Assembly: GCA_964457085.1 (NCBI GenBank)
Contig: CAYWDM010000006.1
Span: 4,302 to 68,301, forward strand
DNA: 64,000 nt
From: an uncultured Pseudomonadales bacterium
GTDB taxonomy: Bacteria > Patescibacteriota > Microgenomatia > UBA1400 > PJMF01
Direction of reading: 5' to 3'
Part shown: positions 28,560 through 37,751 of the stretch, in pieces
Layout: each line of letters starts with the position of its first letter
Position numbering within the stretch: position 1 is the stretch's first letter
Program-made: the position numbers and the translations under genes
The notes under the pieces: model-generated
Told to the model about the DNA's origin: nothing
Databases searched by the model: none
The model's input: only the letters and a program-made list of their open reading frames with translations

Positions 28560-29384
28560 ATGCATCAACTTGCAAAAATCCTCCTCCAACTTCACAACTG
28601 GTTTTTAGCTCGACCACAATTTAAGTCAATAAATCTACACTTACTAAAGCTCAACCTGCGATCACTCGGAGTTCTCAACAGCGACACGGCAACAGTAACT
28701 GGTGAACCATATTGGCTAAGTAAACTTGCACAATCCGGACAAATTAACACCATTATTGATGTTGGTGCTAATGATGCGGCGTATGGAGCCACCGAATTAC
28801 CTAATGCACAGATATTTGCCTTCGAGCCACACCCAGCCAGTTATCAGAGATTAAAACAGCATGCACCTGCAAACGTCACTCCTGTCCACGCGGCAGTCGG
28901 AGATAGTGATGGCAAAACCACATTATGGGATTTTGCAGATAGTGCACCCAAAAAATCAGATCAACCAACTTCTCAACTCGCCTCACTATATAAAGAAGTA
29001 ATCACTAACCTACATGGACAACCAGCAAAAAAATACACAGTGCCACTGGTGAGTCTAGATGTTTTTGCCAAACAGCAACACATCAAACATATTGACCTCC
29101 TGAAAATCGATGCAGAAGGTCACGAACTAGTAGTACTGCGCGGTGCTAAAAAATTACTAGAAAATCAACAAATCAGCATCATTCAATTTGAATTCAATGA
29201 AATGATGGCGTATAGCCACACACATTTTTTTGATTTTGTGCAGCTGTTGCCAGATTTCACATTTTATCGATTATTGCCAACTGGCCTCTTGCCACTTGGG
29301 GCATATCGCCCACTCACCCACGAGATTTTTGGATTTCAAAATGTAGTTGCAATTAGTGGTCGCTTCCGGCTCAAAATAGAGTAA
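28560..29384 (+). CDS. FkbM-family methyltransferase
   Basis: IDVGANDAAYG, FAFEPHP and IDLLKIDAEGHELVVLRGA (Methyltransf_21 pattern). The ORF track starts at 28539; the start is moved to MHQLAKILL. Confidence 0.75.
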   Translation: MHQLAKILLQLHNWFLARPQFKSINLHLLKLNLRSLGVLNSDTATVTGEPYWLSKLAQSGQINTIIDVGANDAAYGATELPNAQIFAFEPHPASYQRLKQHAPANVTPVHAAVGDSDGKTTLWDFADSAPKKSDQPTSQLASLYKEVITNLHGQPAKKYTVPLVSLDVFAKQQHIKHIDLLKIDAEGHELVVLRGAKKLLENQQISIIQFEFNEMMAYSHTHFFDFVQLLPDFTFYRLLPTGLLPLGAYRPLTHEIFGFQNVVAISGRFRLKIE

Positions 29385-29399
29385 AATCGGCTGCTAGAT

Positions 29400-30248
29400 A
29401 TGGCAGAGCAACAGATAACCAGCTTTCCCCAATCAATTACTGCACATCCCGTAGAGGTATACCGGGAGATTGTGCATCCTCAAATTAGTCGCGTTACAGG
29501 ATCTCGAATTTATACACCAGGACCAATCACAAGTGGCTGGGCATTCAATCTCACTAGGGAGATGGCAGACGTTATCGCACTTAATCGAGAGTTTGCAACA
29601 AAATTTGTAGGCAATGTACTACTTAATAAGCAAAGACCAGTCATCGCACAACTACCAAATCTCACCATTCCACTTGACCAAACTCACATCACCCTACCTC
29701 ATGCACTTGGAGCTTGTGATTTTCCTCGGAATGGTAGTAGTGAAACTAAACGATGGGGCGAATTTAATTATTACGTTGTCTGGATGATGACGATGATGGG
29801 ACTTGAACCTGGTTTGGCAGGTGCCTTTTCTATAGCACTTGAAAAAGATGTTGATGTAAATATCGTCAATGATCGACATGGCATCAGAACCACACGAGTA
29901 GCTGAAGTGCAAAAAGTCTTCCATAACGCGGTGCGTTTTATGTCAGAACATAGAAAAGCAACTAGTCCTGCCACCGCCATCATTGCTCTACCTGAACCAG
30001 CACAAGATCACCATGAAGTCTCGGTTGGCACTGAGTTCGAAGCTCAAAGTGCTACAGCGTTTGGAATTCCATTAGCACAATTTGCAGTCAATGCGCAAAA
30101 TGTGATTGAGGCGAAAAGCGATCCTGATCCAGTCTGGGACGGACCAGTCGCTAGTTGGATGCTTTCTCAACTAGCTAATGCACCAGCTCAGGCTGAGTCA
30201 GATCAACTGGTCGATGTGGTGGCATATCGTCAAATGCAACCATGGTAA
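29400..30248 (+). CDS. hypothetical protein (282 aa)
   Basis: No recognisable motif. Lies between FkbM methyltransferase and LCP genes. Confidence 0.35.
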   Translation: MAEQQITSFPQSITAHPVEVYREIVHPQISRVTGSRIYTPGPITSGWAFNLTREMADVIALNREFATKFVGNVLLNKQRPVIAQLPNLTIPLDQTHITLPHALGACDFPRNGSSETKRWGEFNYYVVWMMTMMGLEPGLAGAFSIALEKDVDVNIVNDRHGIRTTRVAEVQKVFHNAVRFMSEHRKATSPATAIIALPEPAQDHHEVSVGTEFEAQSATAFGIPLAQFAVNAQNVIEAKSDPDPVWDGPVASWMLSQLANAPAQAESDQLVDVVAYRQMQPW

Positions 30249-30258
30249 ACTAAACTCT

Positions 30259-31419
30259 ATGTCCAGGCGAATTATTATTGCTGTAGTTGTCGGTCTCATT
30301 TTGGCCATTACTGCGATTATAACGATCATCTTAACTGTACCTCAAATAAAAAATTGGCTTGAACAAAGCGTCCTTTTTATCTCAAGCACACCAAAAATTC
30401 CAGAAGTTAACTTGCCTGAACCAACCCCAACTCCTGATCCATTGGCACCGATCACCGTTGCTTTACTTGGCTATGGTGGTGGCGGACATGAAGGTGGCAA
30501 ACTGACTGACTCAATCATTGTCGCCAAAATTCAGCCAAAAGATTCGATAGTTACCCTAATAAGTATCCCAAGAGACCTGTGGATAGATTTGCCGATTTCA
30601 CAAGATCAACTGAAGCCCTTTAAGATCAATGCAGCCTATGCGATCGGTAGCGACACCAAACAGTATCTATCTCGACCTACTGAGTTTCAGGGTCAACATG
30701 GTGGTGGTAATTTGGCCAAGAAATCCCTTGAACAAGTTGTGGGACTGCCAATTAATTATTACATTGCGGTTAGTTTTTCAAATTTTCAATCAAGTGTGGC
30801 AGCCCTTGGTGGAGTTGACGTAGAGGTACCATTTAGTTTTAGTGATGAGTTTTACCCAGTTGAGGGCAAAGAAAAAGAAGCCTGCGGTCGTACTGATGAA
30901 GATATCGCCGCACTAACTGCCACCATGTCTGGTTATAAACTTGAGCAGCAATTCCCCTGCCGGTACGAGACCATAACGTACGCAAAAGGTCAACAGCATA
31001 TGGACGCTGAGACCGCATTAAAATTTGTGAGATCTAGGCACTCTGGTTCAAATGGTTCTGATTTTGGACGCAGTCTCAGACAACAAGCATTTATAAAAGC
31101 GGCAAAACAAAAAATCCTGTCATTTAGCTTCATTCCCAAATTGCTACCGTTTGTTGAAAAAAATCTCAAAGGCATCGCAACTGATATTGATATTGAGTTA
31201 ATTTCAAAGTTACTCACCACCTATCAAAACCCTGGAGATTTTAAAATGCAATCGATTTCATTGTCAGACCAAAATGTGCTTAAAGCTGGTAGAAGTAGTG
31301 ATGGACAGTATATTTTATTGCCAAAAGATGAAGCTCAAAGTTGGCAAAGTGTGATCGAATTTATTGAAAAAAGTGAAATTCAACTAGCAACTAGTTCATC
31401 AGGTATACTAACACCATGA
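30259..31419 (+). CDS. LytR-CpsA-Psr (LCP) family cell-envelope glycopolymer transferase
   Basis: TM anchor, then ITVALLGYGGGGHEGGKLTDSIIVAKIQPKDSIVTLISIPRDLWIDLP, the LCP core. Start set at ATG 30259 (MSRRIII). Confidence 0.8.
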   Translation: MSRRIIIAVVVGLILAITAIITIILTVPQIKNWLEQSVLFISSTPKIPEVNLPEPTPTPDPLAPITVALLGYGGGGHEGGKLTDSIIVAKIQPKDSIVTLISIPRDLWIDLPISQDQLKPFKINAAYAIGSDTKQYLSRPTEFQGQHGGGNLAKKSLEQVVGLPINYYIAVSFSNFQSSVAALGGVDVEVPFSFSDEFYPVEGKEKEACGRTDEDIAALTATMSGYKLEQQFPCRYETITYAKGQQHMDAETALKFVRSRHSGSNGSDFGRSLRQQAFIKAAKQKILSFSFIPKLLPFVEKNLKGIATDIDIELISKLLTTYQNPGDFKMQSISLSDQNVLKAGRSSDGQYILLPKDEAQSWQSVIEFIEKSEIQLATSSSGILTP

Positions 31420-32081
31420 AATCGACGACTGCTACCGACGAGCAGAACTGCATCGAGCAGTTCTTCAGTAACTACAAAGCATATCGTTACAAACGAAACT
31501 TTATACTCATTAAACCTGATGAGGTTTTTGACCAAATTTATTACATTAAATCTGGTTTCATTAAACAAACCACTTTTTCCAAAATTGGTGAGGAATTCAC
31601 AGTTAATATATATAAACCAGGATCTTTCTTTGCCATTTCGTTAGCGATGCACAATAAGGTGAGCAACTACACTTTTGAAACCATGACAGAAGCTGAGTTG
31701 ATCAAAGCCCCAGTAAGCGAAATTTTAAAATTAATCAACTCAGAACCAACACTTGCCAGAGACCTGCTGTTTAGAATCACCTCTGGTTTAAATAGTATGG
31801 TTGGCAGAATGGAAAGCTTGGTGTTTGGATCGGCACAACAAAAAGTGGCCGCTGCGGTATTGCAAAATGCCCGCAGGTTTGGCAAAAAAACTGGCCAGAG
31901 TATTGTGATTTCATTGCCACTAACTCACCAACAGTTAGCCTCGCTCACTGGTTTGACACGAGAGACAGTTAGTCTTGAAATGGCAAAGTTTAAAAAAGCT
32001 GCAGTACTCGATTACAAAGGGAAAACAATTACCATCTTCAATTACAACACATTGAGAGACCTTTCACCTGGAAGCATTTAG
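31416..32081 (+). CDS. Crp/Fnr-family transcriptional regulator
   Basis: cNMP-binding beta-roll plus C-terminal HTH QQLASLTGLTRETVSLEMAKFKK. Confidence 0.75.
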   Translation: MKSTTATDEQNCIEQFFSNYKAYRYKRNFILIKPDEVFDQIYYIKSGFIKQTTFSKIGEEFTVNIYKPGSFFAISLAMHNKVSNYTFETMTEAELIKAPVSEILKLINSEPTLARDLLFRITSGLNSMVGRMESLVFGSAQQKVAAAVLQNARRFGKKTGQSIVISLPLTHQQLASLTGLTRETVSLEMAKFKKAAVLDYKGKTITIFNYNTLRDLSPGSI

Positions 32082-32112
32082 TCTATTACAACAATGTTGT
32101 TCTAGTTAACTA

Positions 32113-32139
32113 AAAAAGCCGCATTTCTGCGGCTTTTTG
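32113..32139 (+). terminator. bidirectional intrinsic terminator
   Basis: AGCCGCA-TTTC-TGCGGCT flanked by an A-run and a T-run. Confidence 0.7.
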
Positions 32140-32159
32140 TGATTTTCAATTAATGTCTA

Positions 32160-32504
32160 TTATTTTCGTGCAGCTGCGAATACGACTGCTGAGCTGAGTG
32201 TTAACAACATTCCTGCAAATAACAGTACTTGTGAATCAACACCAGTATCAACAACCTTATGCATTGGAACAACTCTGCCATCGCGGTACACTACTGCACG
32301 ATCAATGACGGCTTTTTGGTTCTGTTCTTGAGTACCTTTTGCACGACAGTTGACTGCTTGGCCATATGAGCCAACTTCACAAACCACTTCCAGTTCTTGT
32401 TTCTGATTTTGCTCAACTGTGGTAGCTGCTGACACAACACTAGTGAATCGAGTAAAGACGATTCCTGCGAGTATTACAGCCAAAAAAAGTTTCATTGTTT
32501 TCAT
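32160..32504 (-). CDS. small secreted protein with C-terminal TM plus basic tail
   Basis: Signal peptide, Cys pair, and C-terminus VDTGVDSQVLLFAGMLLTLSSAVVFAAARK. Confidence 0.4.
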   Translation of the reverse strand: MKTMKLFLAVILAGIVFTRFTSVVSAATTVEQNQKQELEVVCEVGSYGQAVNCRAKGTQEQNQKAVIDRAVVYRDGRVVPMHKVVDTGVDSQVLLFAGMLLTLSSAVVFAAARK

Positions 32505-32737
32505 TGTTTCCTTACTCTCGGTTTTGTTTTATTCTGATACGTTTTTATATACTTATCAGCTTGGAGAGGCATTTTAAAGCAAGTCACGTCTTTTGTCAAT
32601 AGTTATTAGGACTAATAAATTAGCGGGACAGTGTCATTTACATCACACGATACTCGATCAAGTAGAAAAATTACAAATCATGCAATTGAAAATTATGGGA
32701 TCACTTTTTATACCATAGAAGCTCAGTGAACAAATCT

Positions 32738-33976
32738 TTAATAGTTCACATGGAGATAATAGGTGGAGACAGGCTCGTCTTTATGCTCAACTTTGACGTA
32801 TCTTAAGTAGCCACCACCACATTTGATACTACCCCGGTACATTGCACCAGCCTTTACTGCCTTAACTGAAACGTTTGAACCAGTTTTGCTCAACATATCT
32901 ATCCCAGTATGAGGTTGACCACCATAAGCCCTTTTTACTCGTGCGTAATAAGACATACCATATCCCTGCGTAATTCTAGCTGGGTCGTTAAGGGGCCATT
33001 CCCAGCCACCTCCGAAGCCAAAACTACCATCTGGATCATTATTCCAAACAATATCTGCACCTCGTAAATAATCTGCTGGATTATGATTTACCCCATTTTT
33101 TACTACTTCGAAGTGAAGGTGGGTGCCAGTAGAACAAGCTGATGGTCCCACGATAATTGAGGCAATCTGGTCGCCAGCACCTACATCCTTCACCTTGGAC
33201 TCGTCACCCTTTCCAGCCAAGATGGACTGAATAGCCTCAAGTTCGCTGAGAGTCTTGGCAAGTTCTTTTTGGAACCTAGCTTCGTTATTTTGTGTTTCAG
33301 TCAATAAAAACTGTTGTTCTTTTTTTTGTCTTTGTTGCTGTGATTGTTGCTTAACTAGCTTAGCTTTTTTTTCAGCTAGCTGTTGTTGCTTCTTTTCTTT
33401 GAGTTGTTTTTGTTCGTCAAAAACCAAACGTCTCGATTCAGTCATCTGCATCGTTTGTGCAGTTTGATGTTGAGTAATTGAAAAATACTTTAATCGTTCC
33501 ACCAGATCTGTGAAACTATCGGAGAGCACAAATGAAAACTCAGATACTTGACGACTATGTTTGTACTGAGCTCTAATACGCTCGATTAAGACACTAGTCA
33601 TTCGATCAAGCGACATACTGAGCCCATTAATGACATCAGTGAGCTGATTAACCTCATCCTCCAAGCTTTGAATTTCCTCGAGAGTTTGATCAATCTGAAG
33701 TTGTTGCAACTTAATTTGACCATTTAGGATACTGATAATATTCTTTAAAGAGTTAGCACTTGATTGAGCCTCTCTAATACTTTCCTCCCAACAGGATTGT
33801 TTTTTCTTGTTGCAGTCCAAATTATCGGTAGATGATTGGGTACTTTTGTTACAGGTAATTTCCTCGCAGTTCATGACCGCAAGTGTTTTTGTAGGCGATA
33901 CAATCTGAGCACCGAAAAAGACTAGAGAGATAACCCCTGTTAAAAGCCAACGATTGAAGCGAAAAATTACCATCAT
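32738..33976 (-). CDS. EnvC-like murein hydrolase activator / M23 peptidase with N-terminal coiled coil
   Basis: Signal/TM, long Q/K/E coiled coil, then M23 motifs in the order STGTHLHFE, HTGIDM, YYLHV (permuted relative to LytM). Immediately upstream of ftsX and ftsE. Confidence 0.7.
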   Translation of the reverse strand: MMVIFRFNRWLLTGVISLVFFGAQIVSPTKTLAVMNCEEITCNKSTQSSTDNLDCNKKKQSCWEESIREAQSSANSLKNIISILNGQIKLQQLQIDQTLEEIQSLEDEVNQLTDVINGLSMSLDRMTSVLIERIRAQYKHSRQVSEFSFVLSDSFTDLVERLKYFSITQHQTAQTMQMTESRRLVFDEQKQLKEKKQQQLAEKKAKLVKQQSQQQRQKKEQQFLLTETQNNEARFQKELAKTLSELEAIQSILAGKGDESKVKDVGAGDQIASIIVGPSACSTGTHLHFEVVKNGVNHNPADYLRGADIVWNNDPDGSFGFGGGWEWPLNDPARITQGYGMSYYARVKRAYGGQPHTGIDMLSKTGSNVSVKAVKAGAMYRGSIKCGGGYLRYVKVEHKDEPVSTYYLHVNY

Positions 33977-33979
33977 GTG

Positions 33980-34849
33980 TTACCTACGGATCATTCGTCT
34001 AACCGCAACTAAACTTGCAAAAAATCCGAGCAGCCAACCAACGACAACGCCAACACCTGCCTGACTCGCCAAAAACCTCCAGTCAATTGGCAGAGAAATG
34101 ACATCCCCTAAAAAGCCTTTAAGCCAGGGAGTGAGATATAACAGAACACCGTACATCAATCCAAATCCAATTAATGATCCAAAAACGCCATAAATAATAC
34201 CCTCGTTCACAAAGGGGGAAATGATATACCAATTGGTAGCTCCAATAATCTTCATAATATTTATGGCATTTTTCTTTGAAACCACCTTCATGCCAATCAA
34301 TATGACTATGGTTAAAAATGAGGTTAATGCCAAAATTCCAACTACAAAAACACCGACTAATCTCAACGAATTAGTCCAGCGTGACAGAGACGACACTACA
34401 TCATCTTGGAAAACTACTTCCTCGATAGAATTTATTGATTCCAGATCCTTTTTTATTGAGGGCAGGGCATCAATCGACTTTGCAGAAACCTCTAAACTAG
34501 CTGGCAAAATGTCAGAAGTCACCAACTCAAGCAATAATGGGTTGTTCTGATTATCTTTTTGATACAAGCCAAGTGCGTCTTTTTTAGAGACCACAGTCAC
34601 CGTGTCTACATATTGTTTAGCTTTAATATCTGCCACCGCTAAATCGACATCATTGTCGGTTGATTGTAGTCTGAAAAAAGCAATCACTTGAGGTCTTGAT
34701 TCAAAAAACCTCAATATATTTTCAGCTCCAAGTAAGGTGATTGCAAAAGTATGTGCCACAAAAAAAGTAATAGAAATCAACATGATTGCCAACATGCTCT
34801 GATATGGCGATCGCCTTATGTTGACTAGACTTGAATTAATTGCACTCAT
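33980..34849 (-). CDS. ftsX: cell-division ABC transporter permease FtsX
   Basis: Four TM helices with a large periplasmic loop, between ftsE and the M23 gene. 4-nt start/stop overlap with ftsE. Confidence 0.75.
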   Translation of the reverse strand: MSAINSSLVNIRRSPYQSMLAIMLISITFFVAHTFAITLLGAENILRFFESRPQVIAFFRLQSTDNDVDLAVADIKAKQYVDTVTVVSKKDALGLYQKDNQNNPLLLELVTSDILPASLEVSAKSIDALPSIKKDLESINSIEEVVFQDDVVSSLSRWTNSLRLVGVFVVGILALTSFLTIVILIGMKVVSKKNAINIMKIIGATNWYIISPFVNEGIIYGVFGSLIGFGLMYGVLLYLTPWLKGFLGDVISLPIDWRFLASQAGVGVVVGWLLGFFASLVAVRRMIRR

Positions 34850-35829
34850 GACTTCGTTTCGCTTGTATGCTTACTTTTTTTGGTTATTTCTTCTGGTTTT
34901 GTTTTTTTTGATTTATGTGACTTGTCTGCTGCAAGCTTTTTATTTTCTGTTGCCGAGTGACTTGATTTGTGATGGTGTATCGAGATTTCCACAGCATCAT
35001 CATCAAGATCTTCAACCTCAGTAACCAAATCATCGGACTGCTCATTTGGTAAATTCTCGACCTGAATCTGTGCAGCTTCTTCCTTGTCTGTGTCATCAGG
35101 GTTTGATGCTGCAGACTTGGCATTCTTATCAGTTAGCTGTAACTCAGTTACCTGACTGGCTGCTTTTGGATGACTATCATAGTCTAACTTACCCTTATGT
35201 AGACTTATACGACGCTCACTAGAAAGCAACGCCAATACCTCATTGTCATGCGTTGCGAGTAATAGGGTAGTGCCTAGTCGATTGATTTGACGTAGCAGTC
35301 TGGCAATACTCAAACTGGTTTCTGGGTCTAGATTTCCGGTTGGCTCATCTGCAAAAATTATCCCTGGACCAGTAGCTAAAGCTCTGGCAATACTCACCCG
35401 CTGTGCTTCACCGCCAGATAACTGACTGGGAAACAGCATAGCTTTTTCCGTCAGACCAACTAATTTCAGTAAATCAGTGACGCGTGATTCGGTCTCTGCC
35501 TGACTTTTGCCTACGATTGAAAGTGGCAATGCGATATTTTCCCAAACATTTAACTCTGGCAACAATTTGTAATCCTGAAAAACGACACCAATACGGCGAC
35601 GATGATGTGCAATTGCCCCGCCTCTGACTCGAGTCAGCGGCTCCCCATCGAATAGTATCTCTCCACTCGTGGGTTCGTACTCCTTGATCAATAGCCGCAT
35701 CAATGATGTCTTACCACTGCCTGACGGACCAGTGATTAATACCAATTCACCTTTATCAATCTGAAAACTGACCTCGCTCAGAGCCTCAGTCTCGCCAAAC
35801 TTTCTGGTAACATTAGTGAAAGTAATCAT
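34846..35829 (-). CDS. ftsE: cell-division ABC ATPase FtsE with C-terminal extension of about 100 aa
   Basis: Walker A GPSGSGKTS, ABC signature LSGGEAQRVSIARA, Walker B and H-loop. Tail rich in D/E/K/S/H. Confidence 0.8.
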   Translation of the reverse strand: MITFTNVTRKFGETEALSEVSFQIDKGELVLITGPSGSGKTSLMRLLIKEYEPTSGEILFDGEPLTRVRGGAIAHHRRRIGVVFQDYKLLPELNVWENIALPLSIVGKSQAETESRVTDLLKLVGLTEKAMLFPSQLSGGEAQRVSIARALATGPGIIFADEPTGNLDPETSLSIARLLRQINRLGTTLLLATHDNEVLALLSSERRISLHKGKLDYDSHPKAASQVTELQLTDKNAKSAASNPDDTDKEEAAQIQVENLPNEQSDDLVTEVEDLDDDAVEISIHHHKSSHSATENKKLAADKSHKSKKTKPEEITKKSKHTSETKS

Positions 35830-35882
35830 GCTCTATCATTAAAGCATTGCTCACTCTTCTGAGCAACCCGAAATGATACGAA

Positions 35883-36545
35883 TTACTCTTCGGTTGCGGG
35901 TACTTTAGCTTCTGGATTTACCACTTCAATTCTACCAACATCCATTAACCAACCTGCTTTTTGTGCCTTAAAGGTTTCTCCCCAAACTTTAACTTGCATA
36001 CCTGTAAATTTCGAGAGATCGGTGACCGATGATGTCAGCACCACGGTTTGATTGACGCCACCCTCACGTAGTAGTTTGTGTGAACCCTCACCACCAATAC
36101 CACCGTCTTCCAGATATCCCTCAGCACTATCTTTGAATGTCGAGGCGTCTTGCATACCAAAAACATCTCCTGCCTTGACTGCACCACTAGCAACTTGCTG
36201 AATAGGTGTCGGGTTGCTTGAACCACTAATTAAACTACCACCATTTTTTGATTTCAATCGAAAACCGCCGTATCCAGTAGCTGTACCAGCAATCAGAGCA
36301 ACAACAACTAATAAGATAATTGGCATTAACATCGGTTTTTTCATAGGAGACTTTACTGCTGTAAATACTTGAGCTTGAGATGACTGCTGTGGCATTTGTG
36401 CACTGTCAGCATCACTAACTGCATCACGATTCTCGCCGATTGAGTTTACTGAGTCAACTGGTGTTTGGCCATCTGACTGCTCTGCAACTTGAGCCTGGGG
36501 AACGGACTCAATTATCAATGAATCATCCAAGGTAATTTTCTGCAT
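35883..36545 (-). CDS. hypothetical membrane-anchored protein
   Basis: Acidic N-terminus, one TM (MLMPIILLVVVALIAGTA), Gly-rich C-terminal domain. Confidence 0.4.
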   Translation of the reverse strand: MQKITLDDSLIIESVPQAQVAEQSDGQTPVDSVNSIGENRDAVSDADSAQMPQQSSQAQVFTAVKSPMKKPMLMPIILLVVVALIAGTATGYGGFRLKSKNGGSLISGSSNPTPIQQVASGAVKAGDVFGMQDASTFKDSAEGYLEDGGIGGEGSHKLLREGGVNQTVVLTSSVTDLSKFTGMQVKVWGETFKAQKAGWLMDVGRIEVVNPEAKVPATEE

Positions 36546-36599
36546 GTGTCTATGATACTACGACTTGAAAGCAGAAATCTAATGCTCAAATAACCTGTA

Positions 36600-37715
36600 T
36601 TAGAGTTTTTTTGTCAATTTAAGTCTAATTTCAGCCATGATGAAAGCATCCAAATCACCATCGAGTACTCCAGTGGTATCAGAGGTCTCGACTTGGGTTC
36701 GAGTGTCTTTCACCAATTGATAGGGATGTAATACATAATTGCGTATCTGAGTGCCCCAACTGGCATGTTGATAGGTACCTTTTTCTTTGGCTAAAACCGC
36801 TTCTTGTTTTTCTTCTTCAAGAATTGCTAATTTTGCCCGCAAAATTTGGTAAGCTTGTTCTTTATTTTGTGTCTGACTACGCTCTCCCCTGCATTTCACC
36901 ACAATTCCAGTTGGAATGTGTGTCAGCTCCACTGCAGTGTTAACTTTGTTCACATTCTGACCGCCTGCTCCACCAGCTCTAGTAAAATGCCAACTTAAAT
37001 CGGCGTCTTTCACTTCTAATACTGCCTGATCCTCAAGCAGGGGCAAGACTTCAACTAGTGCAAATGAGGTTTGTCGCAAGCTGTCAGCGTTAAAGGGGCT
37101 CAGTCGCACTAAGCGATGGGTACCCGATTCACCGCGGAGATAACCATACGCATATGGTGCTTTCACTTCATAACTAGCCTCTTTAATTCCAGCGTCTTCA
37201 CCTCGAGATTCAGAGAGCAACTCGAATTTCCAACCCTTGCGCTCAAAATACCTAACAAACATTCGTCGCAACATATCTGCCCAGTCCATTGCTTCAGTTC
37301 CACCCTGACCAGAGTGAATTGAGAAGATCACTCCTGAGCGATCGTAGGGACCAGAGAGATATCTCTTTAACTGTAGTGAGTCTGCAATTGTTTGCAGTGA
37401 CTTGAGGCATTGATGATATTCAACTAGATCCGTCTCTTGAGCGGTTTCATCCGTAGAATTCAGCGACAAGAGTTCTTGCCATGACTTAACATCTTCGATC
37501 AGTTGGGTAAGGGTTTTTATTTCAGCAATGTCTCCCTCAATACTTGCAGCCTGGGTCACAATCTGCTGTGCATCGGCTCGACTCCAAAAACCTTCTAAAT
37601 TAAGCTGTGATTGTAATTGAGAAAGCTTGTCTTGTAATTCAACTGGTTTACTATCAGCCACCAACTGTGTTGCTTTTTCGAGTAATTCAGTGATTGTTTC
37701 GCTAGTCCAATGCAT
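36600..37715 (-). CDS. prfB: peptide chain release factor 2
   Basis: SPF tripeptide (RLSPFNAD) and GGQ motif ([12 protein letters not shown]). Single continuous ORF with no programmed frameshift. Confidence 0.85.
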   Translation of the reverse strand: MHWTSETITELLEKATQLVADSKPVELQDKLSQLQSQLNLEGFWSRADAQQIVTQAASIEGDIAEIKTLTQLIEDVKSWQELLSLNSTDETAQETDLVEYHQCLKSLQTIADSLQLKRYLSGPYDRSGVIFSIHSGQGGTEAMDWADMLRRMFVRYFERKGWKFELLSESRGEDAGIKEASYEVKAPYAYGYLRGESGTHRLVRLSPFNADSLRQTSFALVEVLPLLEDQAVLEVKDADLSWHFTRAGGAGGQNVNKVNTAVELTHIPTGIVVKCRGERSQTQNKEQAYQILRAKLAILEEEKQEAVLAKEKGTYQHASWGTQIRNYVLHPYQLVKDTRTQVETSDTTGVLDGDLDAFIMAEIRLKLTKKL

Positions 37716-37751
37716 GGTGCTATTGTACGCTATGATCTATTTTTTTGACTT

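Noticed and set aside
36600-37715. Programmed +1 frameshift in prfB
   Set aside because: RF2 is encoded as one uninterrupted ORF from its Met. No CUU UGA shifty site or split frame.
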